Origin: Eledone cirrhosa
Lineage: Eukaryota
Direction: 5' to 3'
Length of the DNA: 64,000 bases
Assembly: GCA_964016885.1 (NCBI GenBank)
Contig: OZ024758.1
Coordinates: forward strand, 5,704,001-5,768,000
Positions 41,289 to 51,931 of the stretch are shown here, piece after piece; the first letter of the stretch is position 1; every line of letters starts with the position of its first letter. A program made the translations under genes and the position numbers. A model generated the notes under the pieces. That model worked only from the letters and a program-made list of their open reading frames with translations. It ran no database searches and was not told the DNA's origin.

Positions 41289-41851
41289 GTAATAGTGATA
41301 ATGATGATGATGATGATGATAAACTAGATGTACTTTTATGCCAGAGTTTATTTTAAATTGTAGTCTACTTGACTGTATCCATACACGAAACGGTTGCGGG
41401 TATATTCACCTTATATAATATCTAGGAAATAACTTATTAATGCACACAAGCGTATGTACACACATACATATATAGACATACATACACACATGCATTTGTA
41501 CATACATACACACATGCATTTGTACATACATACACACATGCATTTGTACATACATACATACACACATGATCAGTGGATGGGTGCTACACGAGAATGCTGA
41601 GGATGCAAAAATAAACCTCATTTGGCCATTCCATGAGAGTATCTTGGTCAGACTATGAAGGAGTGATGCTAGAGCTGTGAAATCTTAAATGGATTAATTT
41701 CAACTCTTCTTATTAATACCTGCTTTGTTTATTTCCAGAGACTATGTTGAAAAATAAATCTCATTTGGTCATTAAATGGCGTATCGAAAGCTGGCGTAGT
41801 TAAATATTTCCCAAGGACACCTAAAATCATCAAAGGAGTTCGATCACTTAC

Positions 41852-41927
41852 CTTGTACATGATTGCTTCCAGGAATGCCATAAGCATGTAAAACTGTCAA
41901 TACTCCAATCAACCATATTGGTAAAAC
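41852..41927 (-). CDS. 76-nt exon encoding a signal-peptide-like segment of the same ADAMTS-type gene
   Basis: tttcttcttcctccag|GTT..CAAG|gtaagt. Translates VLPIWLIGVLTVLHAYGIPGSNHVQ+G (hydrophobic core, A-Y-G cleavage-like site). The final G joins AT of the 18261 exon to give in-frame GAT (D). No in-frame ATG, so an upstream coding exon is needed. Confidence 0.72.
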
Positions 41928-42057
41928 CTGGAGGAAGAAGAAAGTAAGAAAGATTTTAAAAACATTTAAATTATTGGTTTATTATTTTATTAATATATTT
42001 AATTTTTGTTAAAATAATTAATATAGTTAATATACGAGCCTCTCAGGAATAAGTGAG

Positions 42058-42343
42058 CGAAAAAGAAGAAAAAGAAAAAAGAAAAAGAAAAAGAAAAAGA
42101 AGAAAAAGAAAAAGAAAAAGAAAAAGAGAAAAAAGAAAAAGAAAAAGAAAAAGAAAAAGAAAAAGAAAAAGAAAAAGAAAAAAAAGAAAAAGAACGAAAG
42201 GAAAGAGAAAAAGAAGAAAAAGAAGAATAAGAAAAAGAAGAAAAATAAAAAATAAAAATAAAAAATAAGAAAAAGAAGAGGAAAAAGAAGAAGAAAAAGA
42301 AGAAGAGAAAGAAGAAGAGAAAGAAGAAAAAGAAAAAAAAAAA
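42058..42343. repeat. (GAAAAA/GAA)n purine tract
   Basis: Direct reading; begins at an RTE-like 3' tip. Confidence 0.9.
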
Positions 42344-43083
42344 GCTATAAAGGTTAATTATATATAATTAGCTCTTTTTATTAACCTTTATAATTAATGT
42401 ATAATTATATCCTACAACACCACAGACCATATGAAATAATTATCTTTGTGTATATAAATCTATTTAGTTTTGATAAAGTGTTGCCTAGATATTCAGCACG
42501 CTCTAAATCCCCAACGGATGTGATATTTTAAGTCTCTTTCAAGTTCATTAATTGAATGAGTTTAGACATTTGTAACGATCGTATCTTTTTCAAGTAATAA
42601 AAGCCGAGTAATTAAATTTATGAATGACAAAAGAATATAGAAAGTATGTGTGTCAGGGCATGTGTTTATGTTTATATCAGTGTATACATTTGTGTTAGCA
42701 TAGGTGGGATATTACGAATTCCCTTAATGAGGGCGCGTGACTTAGTGATTAGAGCGTCGGATTCTCAATCGTGACGTTGTGAATTCCATTCCAGGGCCGA
42801 GCGGTGCGTTGTGTTCTCGAACAAGACACTTTATTTCACCTTGCTCCAGTTTACTCAGTTGTAGAAATAAGTTGTGACGTTACTGTTGCCAAGCTGTATC
42901 TGCTATTGCCCTTTTGCCTTGGACAACATCGTGTCTGTGGAATGCTCAGCCACTTGCACGTTAATTTCATGAGCATGCTGTTCCGTTGATCAGATCGACT
43001 GGAACATTCATCGTCGTAACCGATGGAATGCCTTTCATATATATATATATTTATATTAGTTCCACAACAGTTAGTTCACCATA

Positions 43084-43124
43084 CCTAGAACAATTGTTTC
43101 ACCTTAAGCGGATCTTCAGCTCGG
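43084..43124 (-). ncRNA. Hammerhead motif (H3) in a palindromic element (about 43058-43248)
   Basis: Minus strand reads CCGAG-CTGAAGA-tccgcttaaggt-GAAA-CAATTG-TT-CTAGG. One stem I mismatch. Confidence 0.6.
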
Positions 43125-43247
43125 TCTGTAGATCCGCATAAGGTGAAACATTTGTTCTCGGTATGGTGAACTAACAGTTGTAGACCTATTTTTACCAAAC
43201 TCGTCCCAGTGATCTACTACTACGGATATAACCCTCTAGTGTTCTAC

Positions 43248-43278
<31 letters not shown>

Positions 43279-43851
43279 ACATGTATGTTCGGACGTCACT
43301 GGTACCAAGATATATTGACCTTTGCCATTCCCTTGGACAACATCGGAGAGGGGAGTCTGGATTGCTTGGACGACGGCTGGTTTTCCACAGAAACACATTT
43401 CTTGGACTTGTGACTAGTTGGGGGAATATTTCGTGACGAAAACGGGTCTTTTTACGAAATCCTTTGACAACACCAATCTTCCGAGTTACGCCCTCCTTCT
43501 TTAATGGGAGGGAATAGTAATATCTGGTAATGAATAGTTGTTTCTTTCCATTTTCGGTGGGTGGAGGAGCTATATAATATTATTTATTTAATGTACAGAA
43601 CCCCTTAATGTTATGAAAGGTTATTGACATTATATAAAAATAACTGAGCTGTGTCTAATAAAAACAAAAAAAACAGAATCAAAGGGAACAGAAAAGGAAG
43701 GAAAAATAATATAAAGAGGAGAAAAAAAGGATCAAGCCACAAAAGAAAGGATGAGGAGGAGGGGGGGGGGGGACATCTAATACATCCTAGTCTGAGTGGT
43801 ACCTCAGCCGCGGAGAAGGGCCAGAGACAACCGCTACAACAGCCACCCCAC

Positions 43852-43891
<40 letters not shown>

Positions 43892-43967
43892 TAGATAGAT
43901 AGATAGATAGATAAATATACACGGGTGTGTATGATTGTGTATAGAAGATTATATTAATAAGAGGAAT

Positions 43968-44037
<70 letters not shown>

Positions 44038-44196
44038 ATTGTAACGTCCAGTTACTGTAGGTTCACCAGAGTGAGAACTCAATACGTAGTTTCCAGTAAA
44101 TATAGAGGTGTAGTGCCGAGCAGCGTGTAATACTAATAATAATAAAAAGGACGATTTGTTATGTCTTCATGGCCTGCGTGGTAATGACAGAATCTA

Positions 44197-44238
<42 letters not shown>

Positions 44239-44398
44239 TTGATTAACAACTCTACTGAGCAGATCGGGCCGGCGTTCGATCTCTAGTATTTACGTGGATC
44301 CTGAGCCAACGATCTGTGAATCGGTCGTAACTGTTTCACAGATAAAGACCATAATGTGAAACCTAGCTTTGTTTTTAATATATTTATATATATATATA

Positions 44399-44584
44399 TA
44401 ACAGGGAGGATGTGGTAATATACTAGAAGGACCATAACGCATCAGAGTACTCGATACTTCGGGTAGTAGAGTGGGTAATAGGAAAAGAGTCAGGACTCGA
44501 CCGCTGAGCTCCGGCCGTTTCGACAGCTGAAATAGCTGTCGAAACGGCCGGAGCTCAGCCGTCGGGGTCCTGACTCTTTTCCTA
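44399..44584. mobile_element. H4 palindromic element
   Basis: Same structure; lies in the spacer between the Tx1 copies. Confidence 0.75.
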
Positions 44585-44943
44585 TATATATATATATATA
44601 TATAGTGTGTGTGTGTGAGTGTATGGGTGTATGTGTGTGTATGTGTAGGTCTATATGTGCGTGTGCATGTGTATATGCGTGTATAATAATATGTATACGT
44701 ACATTAAAACGGCACGCGCATAAAGATTTATATAAAACTCTGTGTAAAAACAAAAGTTCATTTCTCAGAAAGTACACGCAGCATATCTCTGTACATATCG
44801 GCTGAACACGTGCAAACCATATGTTTGGAATGGGAGAATGGAGGGTGTGTGGGATCGCGAAGAAAGCATAAGGTGAAGAATATATACTGTTCAATGTGAA
44901 GATATGGCTGTTTTAATGTAACATCTGTTGAATAAATTCTTTA

Positions 44944-44974
<31 letters not shown>

Positions 44975-45184
44975 GACGAAAGTGGATGTACGTTTTTTGA
45001 AGCTCCGTGAGTAAGCAATTTTTGAGGATTAATTGTAGAGAATTGTTTATTTTTTTGTACCGCTGAAGCATTATAAGACATTAATTTGTATCCTGTGAAG
45101 GAATAACTCATAATATTTGGGCCTTTTGGCCCAAATATTTGAACTTTATTTTGAAAAAAATAATAATTTTTTTCTCAAAAAAAC

Positions 45185-47095
45185 ATGGCGGAGCTACGCC
45201 CCCTAGAGGCGGGTCTGCTGTCGTGCAACGGCGACTTGAGCGTTGAGAGGAGAGGTGAGGCGAGGAGCGCCACCAGCACGAATGTGAGCAGCGACAGTGC
45301 CAGCACCAACGGGCCGAGCGGCGCGGAAGGTGGTAACAGCGACAACACCAACACCAACAAGCCGAACAGCGCAGAAGGTGGTAATAGCGAGAGCACCAAC
45401 AAAACGAACAGCACAGAGAGTAATAGTAGCGACAGCAACAGCACCAACAAGGCCAACAGCACAGAGGGTAACCACGACACAGGGGAGAACAACAACAGCA
45501 ATAGCAGCAGCAACACCAACAAGAACAACAACAGTGACAACACCAACAAGAACACTTTCGCTGCTGTGGCAGCGGCTAAAAGGAGACCATGCTACAGCAT
45601 CGACTTAACCAACAGAGAGGAAAAGTTGGCCCAGGCCTGGAAAATCATAAATCAAGAGCAGACCTGGGCAAACTTAACTGTCCCGGCAGAAGCCATTGAG
45701 GCAGTGGAAAAAAGAACGGTGCATTTCAGATGCATCTCAGTAGAGACAAAGAGGGCAGCGATAATCGCCCAAGCTGACATAGAAGCCGCACTGAAATACA
45801 TCAGAGAGGACACAGACTTCATAGAGAGGGGCAGGCAATACGGCACCGTTTCGGTGCTGTTCAAGTCTGAAGCCCTCGCTGTGAAGCATTCAATGACCCC
45901 TTGCAAAACCAGCAAGGTCATAATGTACCCCTCCCACATGGGAAAACGAATAGCACGTGTGCGCATTCCCAGGATTCCACCAGGACTTGATATGTGGTGG
46001 CTCCTGGGTTGCGTAATCGTGGAAGGAACGGATACAGTCCCGGTAGAGGCAACGAGAACTGCCAGGGACGACTGGTCCGGGGTTGATCTGGAGATACTGC
46101 TCCAAATCAGACCCGAAAACGTAAAAACAATCCCGGACCACATCCGCCTCCAAAACGGGAGGGTGTTGCATATAATGACTGAGGGCAAAAGGCCGCATTG
46201 TTTCCTTTGTGGGGAAACGACACACTTGCGAGCCTTCTGCCCTCAACTGCCGAAAAGCGCAAGGGGTCGAAAGATTCCACTGCTGGCGACGCCGGGACAA
46301 GGACCACCAGCAACACCGTCAACAATGGAACCACCAAAATTGCACACCCAGGGGGGAAACGAGGAAAGCTCTCCCATTCCCCCTCCCCCCCAAAATACAC
46401 ACACGAACAAGAACATAAACACTCACTCAGACACAAACACGCTCACAGCCACAGACCCCTCATCCTCCAGCAGTGAAGATGAGGGAAAACCAAAGTCCCC
46501 CAAAATACAAAAAACAAAACACAAAAAAAAAAGAAATCCACAAAGCACAAACACCCCCACAAAAAAAAATACACACACCACCCACACAAACATTTTCCCC
46601 ACAGCATCACCAACACAACCACCAAAATCCCCCAAACGCAAACAAGCTAAACAGACACAAGAACAAATAGACACACAAACATCAGAAACTACAGACACCC
46701 CACCCACAACAAACGCAGACACAATAGAAACAACACTAACAAAGCTATCACCACCACAATCACACGAACAAATAAAACCCGAGCAACAAAACATTAAAAA
46801 CTTCGTGCTTGCCAGAAGGGCCAACAAGGAATTGATGGCCCATGTAGCACGAAGCACAAACATCGAAAAAGACGGGGAAACATTTGAAGCGAGCACATTT
46901 CGCGTACCAGATAATTTGCTTCTGATGCGAATGTCGCTCGCTTCATACAAAGAAATTCGAAAGAGCTTTCCTCGGGATGTGGGAACCCCGAACGTAAAAC
47001 CCACGTCAAGACTATTAAAGGGGTTCCCAAAAGAAACCCCACAAACCATGGAGGTCGAACCACCCGACCTTCACAAGACCCCGGAAGGTAAGTAA
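45185..47095 (+). CDS. Tx1-type ORF1p, copy B, 636 aa
   Basis: As copy A plus a 16-aa extra N-terminal repeat unit; CCHC knuckle present. Confidence 0.9.
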   Translation: MAELRPLEAGLLSCNGDLSVERRGEARSATSTNVSSDSASTNGPSGAEGGNSDNTNTNKPNSAEGGNSESTNKTNSTESNSSDSNSTNKANSTEGNHDTGENNNSNSSSNTNKNNNSDNTNKNTFAAVAAAKRRPCYSIDLTNREEKLAQAWKIINQEQTWANLTVPAEAIEAVEKRTVHFRCISVETKRAAIIAQADIEAALKYIREDTDFIERGRQYGTVSVLFKSEALAVKHSMTPCKTSKVIMYPSHMGKRIARVRIPRIPPGLDMWWLLGCVIVEGTDTVPVEATRTARDDWSGVDLEILLQIRPENVKTIPDHIRLQNGRVLHIMTEGKRPHCFLCGETTHLRAFCPQLPKSARGRKIPLLATPGQGPPATPSTMEPPKLHTQGGNEESSPIPPPPQNTHTNKNINTHSDTNTLTATDPSSSSSEDEGKPKSPKIQKTKHKKKRNPQSTNTPTKKNTHTTHTNIFPTASPTQPPKSPKRKQAKQTQEQIDTQTSETTDTPPTTNADTIETTLTKLSPPQSHEQIKPEQQNIKNFVLARRANKELMAHVARSTNIEKDGETFEASTFRVPDNLLLMRMSLASYKEIRKSFPRDVGTPNVKPTSRLLKGFPKETPQTMEVEPPDLHKTPEGK

Positions 47096-47124
47096 ACCTT
47101 TCCTCTCCCATTCATCCTGCCAGC

Positions 47125-50100
47125 ATGGCCATAAGAGTAGGAAGTTTAAATGTTCGTGGCCTGGGGTCGCCCTGGAAGCAAGGTCACTTGCTCAACGACC
47201 TCAGGTCACTAGGAATGGATGTAATTGCCATCAGCGAGACCAGAATTTCCGACACACGCGCACTGGCGCCGATTTTCGACGATTATCAGATCTTTGCATC
47301 TGTTAGTCGGCCGGGAATGGGAGGTGGAGTGGCTGTGCTGTTTAGGAAATGTCTGGATCTCGAGGTAAGGTCAATCTTCCGGGATCCTGACGGAAAGTTG
47401 GTGGTCCTGGACGTGAGCAATAGCGAAGGTGGTGCCTTTAGACTGGTGGCCGTCTACGCCCCTACTGGGGCCGGTCGGCCGGACTTCTTTAGGCGCCTGG
47501 AAAACTTTCTGCTTACGTCTCGCCCTTTACTGTTAATAGGGGATTGGAATGGCATCTTAGAAGCACGCTGGGATTGTGTGGGAGTATCTGATAGGAGCGG
47601 GGGGTGCAAAAGCCTCAAGTACCTGATCAGCCAGTTTCAACTGTCTGACAGGTACCGACTAGATTTCCCTAATGCGCCAGTATGGACCTGGACCAATCGC
47701 ATAGGGTCATCTAGATCGTACATAGATAGGATTTTCATTAGGAAAAGAGATAGAAATAGTGTAGGATGTCCACATTTTAAAACGGTTGCCTATTCAGATC
47801 ACAAGCTTGTGATCTGTATGGTCGACCTAGATAAGACACGTAGGTTAGGACCTAGCTACTGGAAGCTAAACATGTCGTTTCCGGCACGTAAAGCTTACAG
47901 GGACCGGGTCAACAACTTAGTTAAGCAAAAGTTGACAGGGGGGGTTGTCAACAACAGGTGGTGGGGGGCACTCAAAAGAGAGATTAGAGCAACCTCGATA
48001 GGATTTAGCAAAGAAGTAGCAATAGAGAAAAATAGAAAGGAGGAGGGGCTGATAGCTAAGTTAGACGAGGCTATTTGTAGTGGCATTGCAACAGACGTGC
48101 TAGCGGCGAGAATGGCACTAGACCATTTCTTCAATGCGAAACACGAAGGTTGCATTGTCAGAGCTAAGGCGCGTGCTCTGAGGAACGAGGGAACCAAAGC
48201 TGCCCGATGGGCTCGCTTTGCAGAGACGCAGCGTGGAAATAAAACCACAATTCGGTCTTTGACGGATCGAGATGGACACGAACTGAGCGATTCCAAGCAG
48301 ATGTGTGAGGCCTTTCGCCAGCACTTTGCTCGATTGTTCGGGAGGATGGGTGAGTCGGAGACGGCGGCGGACTTCAGTCCCTACCTCGACGGCTTGCCAC
48401 GCCTCTCGACGGCCGACGCTGAGCGCTGCGAAGAGCCGATAACATCAGCCGAAATTCAGGACGCCCTTGTCGGCTGCTCGAGTCGCAAGTCACCCGGTTT
48501 GGATGGTCTGCCCTACGAGCTTTACGTAAATATGCCAGACTTGTTCTCCGATCTCCTCGAAGCGCTCTACTGCAACTGGCAGCAGAACGGGAGCATTCCC
48601 AGTTCTGTGAGCCGTGGCGTAGTGACGCTGATAAGGAAAGACGAGAACAAGAGGGACACACTAGATAATTTCAGGCCCATAACCCTGCTCAACACAGAGT
48701 TTAAGATTTTGGCCAAGGTGTTAGCGAAAAGGTTGGCGCTTGTCGTCAAAGATTTGGTTGGGGAGGCGCAAACTTGCGCAATCCCGACCAGGTCCATACA
48801 CGACAACCTCCACCTCATGCGATACATCATAGAGAGGGTTGGGTGCAAACCTGGCTTCGGTGGGGCTCTGATCAATTTAGATCAATCGAAAGCATTCGAT
48901 AGGGTCGACCATCGGTACTTGGAGGCTGTCCTCGAGGCGGCTGGCTTCGGCCCCGTCTTCAGAAGCTGGATCGCTGCAATGTACAGCGGCATCCGCTCGG
49001 TGGTCAAAGTTAATGGCCACCTCTCGGAACCGTTTCAGATCTCTCGATCGGTCCGTCAAGGGTGCCCTCTCTCCTCACTTCTGTACGTATTGACTCTTGA
49101 GCCTCTACTGCGGAAGCTGGAGTTGTTGCAGGGCATCCCGCTCGAACCGGGACGTAGAAAGGCTGCGTCCGCTTATGCGGACGACATCACCGTGATGGTG
49201 TCGGACACCTCGGAAATCGAGGTGATCCGCACCCATTTGGAGGAATATGAAAGGTTGACGGGAGCAAAACTTAACCCGGAAAAGTCGGTGGGCTTGCAGC
49301 TCGGCACCTGGAGAGGCAAGTCCATGCCGTCCAACAGCGTCGTTGGGCGCTGGACAGACGGACCGGTAAAGTTGCTCGGGGTTTGGTTCGGACCAGACCT
49401 CCAGGTGGATAAGAATTGGGACGAGGTGACGAGCAGGATAGCCAACCTCACCCAGAAATGGGCTGAGAGAAAGCTATCACTGAAAGGGCGGGCGGAGGTG
49501 GCGAACGCGTACATCGCGTCCGTCATCTCCTACCGCCTGACCGTCGTGCCTTGCCCCCGTCCACGCCTCGCCAATTTGGAACGGCTCCTTTTCAAATTTT
49601 TGTGGAGGGGACGGGTCCCGTTGGTGAGGCGGTCCATCTGCTGCCAGCACCCTCTTCGTGGAGGGCTGGGCATGCCGTGGCTAATGATGCGCAGACATGC
49701 GCTGAGGCTGCGACATCTCCAGATATTTTGCCTAAACGGTGAACAGGTGTGGTCGCCGTTTGTTAGACGGGCCTTTCCGCAGCTCATCTCTTTGACTGAG
49801 CTGCAGTCCTGGGTCAAGAAGAGACCGAGACTGGGCGACTGGCATCTGGAATGTTGCCAGGCGCTCACTGCACTCTGCAAGGTGGGCAATGCGGTCAGTG
49901 GAACTTCCACTCAAGATTTCTATAGAGGATTAGTGGAGGGCAAGTGCGATGACGTACTAGGAGAGGCTCTGGGCGTCAACGAAGTAGAACTGACCAGTAT
50001 GTTCCGGAGGACTTTCGAGCCGGGGACGATGGATAACTTCCAGAAATCCCTCGCTTGGCAGTGCTACCGGGGGGCGCTGCCGGTTCGGGATAAACTCTAC

Positions 50101-50544
50101 AGGCACGGAAGTGCTGTCAGACGAACCTGCCCGAGATGCGCGCAGAGCGACGAAACCGTTCTGCACGCACTCGTCCAGTGTCCGTGCATTGCTGACTTGT
50201 GGGGTTATGTCGAACAGCTATTGTCGCGTGTAGAACGGATCCGGCTATCGTCCGAGTCCATAGTGAAGATTGACCCGCCGCCTTCTTTTGGTCAGGAAGG
50301 GCAGGCAATTTTCCTCTGCCTGGTGGCAGTAGCGAAAGAGGTTGCATGGTGGACCAGGTTGAAAGGACTGAAGACAGACACTTTTCTCTTCGGCCAATCC
50401 CTCATCAACTTCTTCAAGTTTCACTTGGAAAGGAAGGTGAGGGTGGAGAGAGAAGTGCTGCCCCCCAGTACATTTACTGAAAGGTGGGTGAATGTGGCGA
50501 GAATGGCCCGCGTGAGTGGGCCTACTCTGATCATGCGCCTGTAG
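47125..50544 (+). CDS. Tx1-type ORF2p (APE-RT-zinc motif), copy B, 1139 aa
   Basis: Same motifs as copy A. I saw three amino-acid differences (E/K, Y/F, Y/S). Confidence 0.97.
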   Translation: MAIRVGSLNVRGLGSPWKQGHLLNDLRSLGMDVIAISETRISDTRALAPIFDDYQIFASVSRPGMGGGVAVLFRKCLDLEVRSIFRDPDGKLVVLDVSNSEGGAFRLVAVYAPTGAGRPDFFRRLENFLLTSRPLLLIGDWNGILEARWDCVGVSDRSGGCKSLKYLISQFQLSDRYRLDFPNAPVWTWTNRIGSSRSYIDRIFIRKRDRNSVGCPHFKTVAYSDHKLVICMVDLDKTRRLGPSYWKLNMSFPARKAYRDRVNNLVKQKLTGGVVNNRWWGALKREIRATSIGFSKEVAIEKNRKEEGLIAKLDEAICSGIATDVLAARMALDHFFNAKHEGCIVRAKARALRNEGTKAARWARFAETQRGNKTTIRSLTDRDGHELSDSKQMCEAFRQHFARLFGRMGESETAADFSPYLDGLPRLSTADAERCEEPITSAEIQDALVGCSSRKSPGLDGLPYELYVNMPDLFSDLLEALYCNWQQNGSIPSSVSRGVVTLIRKDENKRDTLDNFRPITLLNTEFKILAKVLAKRLALVVKDLVGEAQTCAIPTRSIHDNLHLMRYIIERVGCKPGFGGALINLDQSKAFDRVDHRYLEAVLEAAGFGPVFRSWIAAMYSGIRSVVKVNGHLSEPFQISRSVRQGCPLSSLLYVLTLEPLLRKLELLQGIPLEPGRRKAASAYADDITVMVSDTSEIEVIRTHLEEYERLTGAKLNPEKSVGLQLGTWRGKSMPSNSVVGRWTDGPVKLLGVWFGPDLQVDKNWDEVTSRIANLTQKWAERKLSLKGRAEVANAYIASVISYRLTVVPCPRPRLANLERLLFKFLWRGRVPLVRRSICCQHPLRGGLGMPWLMMRRHALRLRHLQIFCLNGEQVWSPFVRRAFPQLISLTELQSWVKKRPRLGDWHLECCQALTALCKVGNAVSGTSTQDFYRGLVEGKCDDVLGEALGVNEVELTSMFRRTFEPGTMDNFQKSLAWQCYRGALPVRDKLYRHGSAVRRTCPRCAQSDETVLHALVQCPCIADLWGYVEQLLSRVERIRLSSESIVKIDPPPSFGQEGQAIFLCLVAVAKEVAWWTRLKGLKTDTFLFGQSLINFFKFHLERKVRVEREVLPPSTFTERWVNVARMARVSGPTLIMRL

Positions 50545-51809
50545 GCTGGTGAATTCGAGAAGGAGAGGGGTGCCCTTCCCGGGTGCCCTAGGAGCGTCGG
50601 GTGGCTCAGGACTGGTGGGGTGCTTGAGTCAACCCTGGGTGGTGATCCCTCTTATTGGGGAACTTTCATTGTTGTATTTTTATTGTTATTTTGTTTTTGT
50701 TTTTTTGTTATTTATACTTACTCGATCTCTATGTAAACCCCCACTGTCCCTGTCTATTGTGTTGTCCCCTATATGTCGGCCCTTGTGGCCAATAAATGAA
50801 ATCATTATTATTATTATTATTATTGCTGTTGTAGTTGCTGGTGTCGTTGTTTTGATAGTGTTGGTGACCGTACATTTAGACTAGATACTTCTTACTATGA
50901 AAAGTCAGGTGCCGCCTCTTCTGAGTAAAATGACACTGAAAGGATATTTGCCTTTCATCACACTAGGTTTGATAAAATAAGTACTAGTAATATAATAGGG
51001 ATTTCATTAAATTTACTATGACACTTTTCTATATAAATCTGACCTTGCGCCTTGTAATAAACTAAGTATTATATTTATCTAGTGTCAAGATGGTGAACGA
51101 CAGAAACGTTAAACCGTCTAACAAAATGCTTTGCAGTATTTATTCTGACTATTTACGTTCTGATTTCGAGACCCGCCGAGATCAGAGTTCCCTTTCATCT
51201 TTTAAAAAGTCGATCGAATAAAAGAGCCATTCAAGGAGGTACTGGTGTCAATTCCATCGATAATCTAATCTAATCTAATCTGGCCGAGTTACACTCGCAA
51301 ATAAGAAGAACCACGGCCGCCCCTAGGAGCATTGGATTTGGTGTACTTCATATTTGTTTCGGTTGCTGAATAAAATCACGGGTCGCTGCTTCTCCTGAAG
51401 GTCAATAGTTCTCTTCTAACTCGAGCGGGAGCACCTTTCCATTGTCAATTTGCATTGATTATCCGCAAAGCCGCATTGTTCTCAGAACCACTACACCAGT
51501 CTTTCGATGCAGCTGGAACTACTGCCACCCATTGATTTGGCAGGATTTTTTTTTTAATTTAATTTTTTTTAGATGGCCGCTGACTCTTATGAGTTCTTCC
51601 GCACTTTGTCAGGCTTTGTTTTTTGTCCTGCAGGGTGTCCAAAATCACCCTCCTCACCAAGTAAACTTGGTGGGGTTGCCGGTTTAGTCGCCGACGAACC
51701 GTATGTGTGTATGTATATATATATGTATCTGTGTATATATATGTATTATATATATATGTGTGTGTATATATATATGTATTATATATATATATGTGTGTGT
51801 ATATATATA

Positions 51810-51931
<122 letters not shown>

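Larger units (their letters stand above)
44975..50803 (+). mobile_element. Full-length Tx1/L1-clade non-LTR retrotransposon, copy B (5829 bp)
   Basis: Same 5' start (GACGAAAGTGGATG) and 3' end as copy A. (ATT)n at about 44945-44974 and 50804-50824. 48 bp longer than A. Confidence 0.96.

Noticed and set aside
47088-47123. GT..AG mini-intron between ORF1 and ORF2 that might fuse the two ORFs
   Set aside because: Only 36 nt, and removal gives GCA TGG CCA TAA, out of frame with ORF2.
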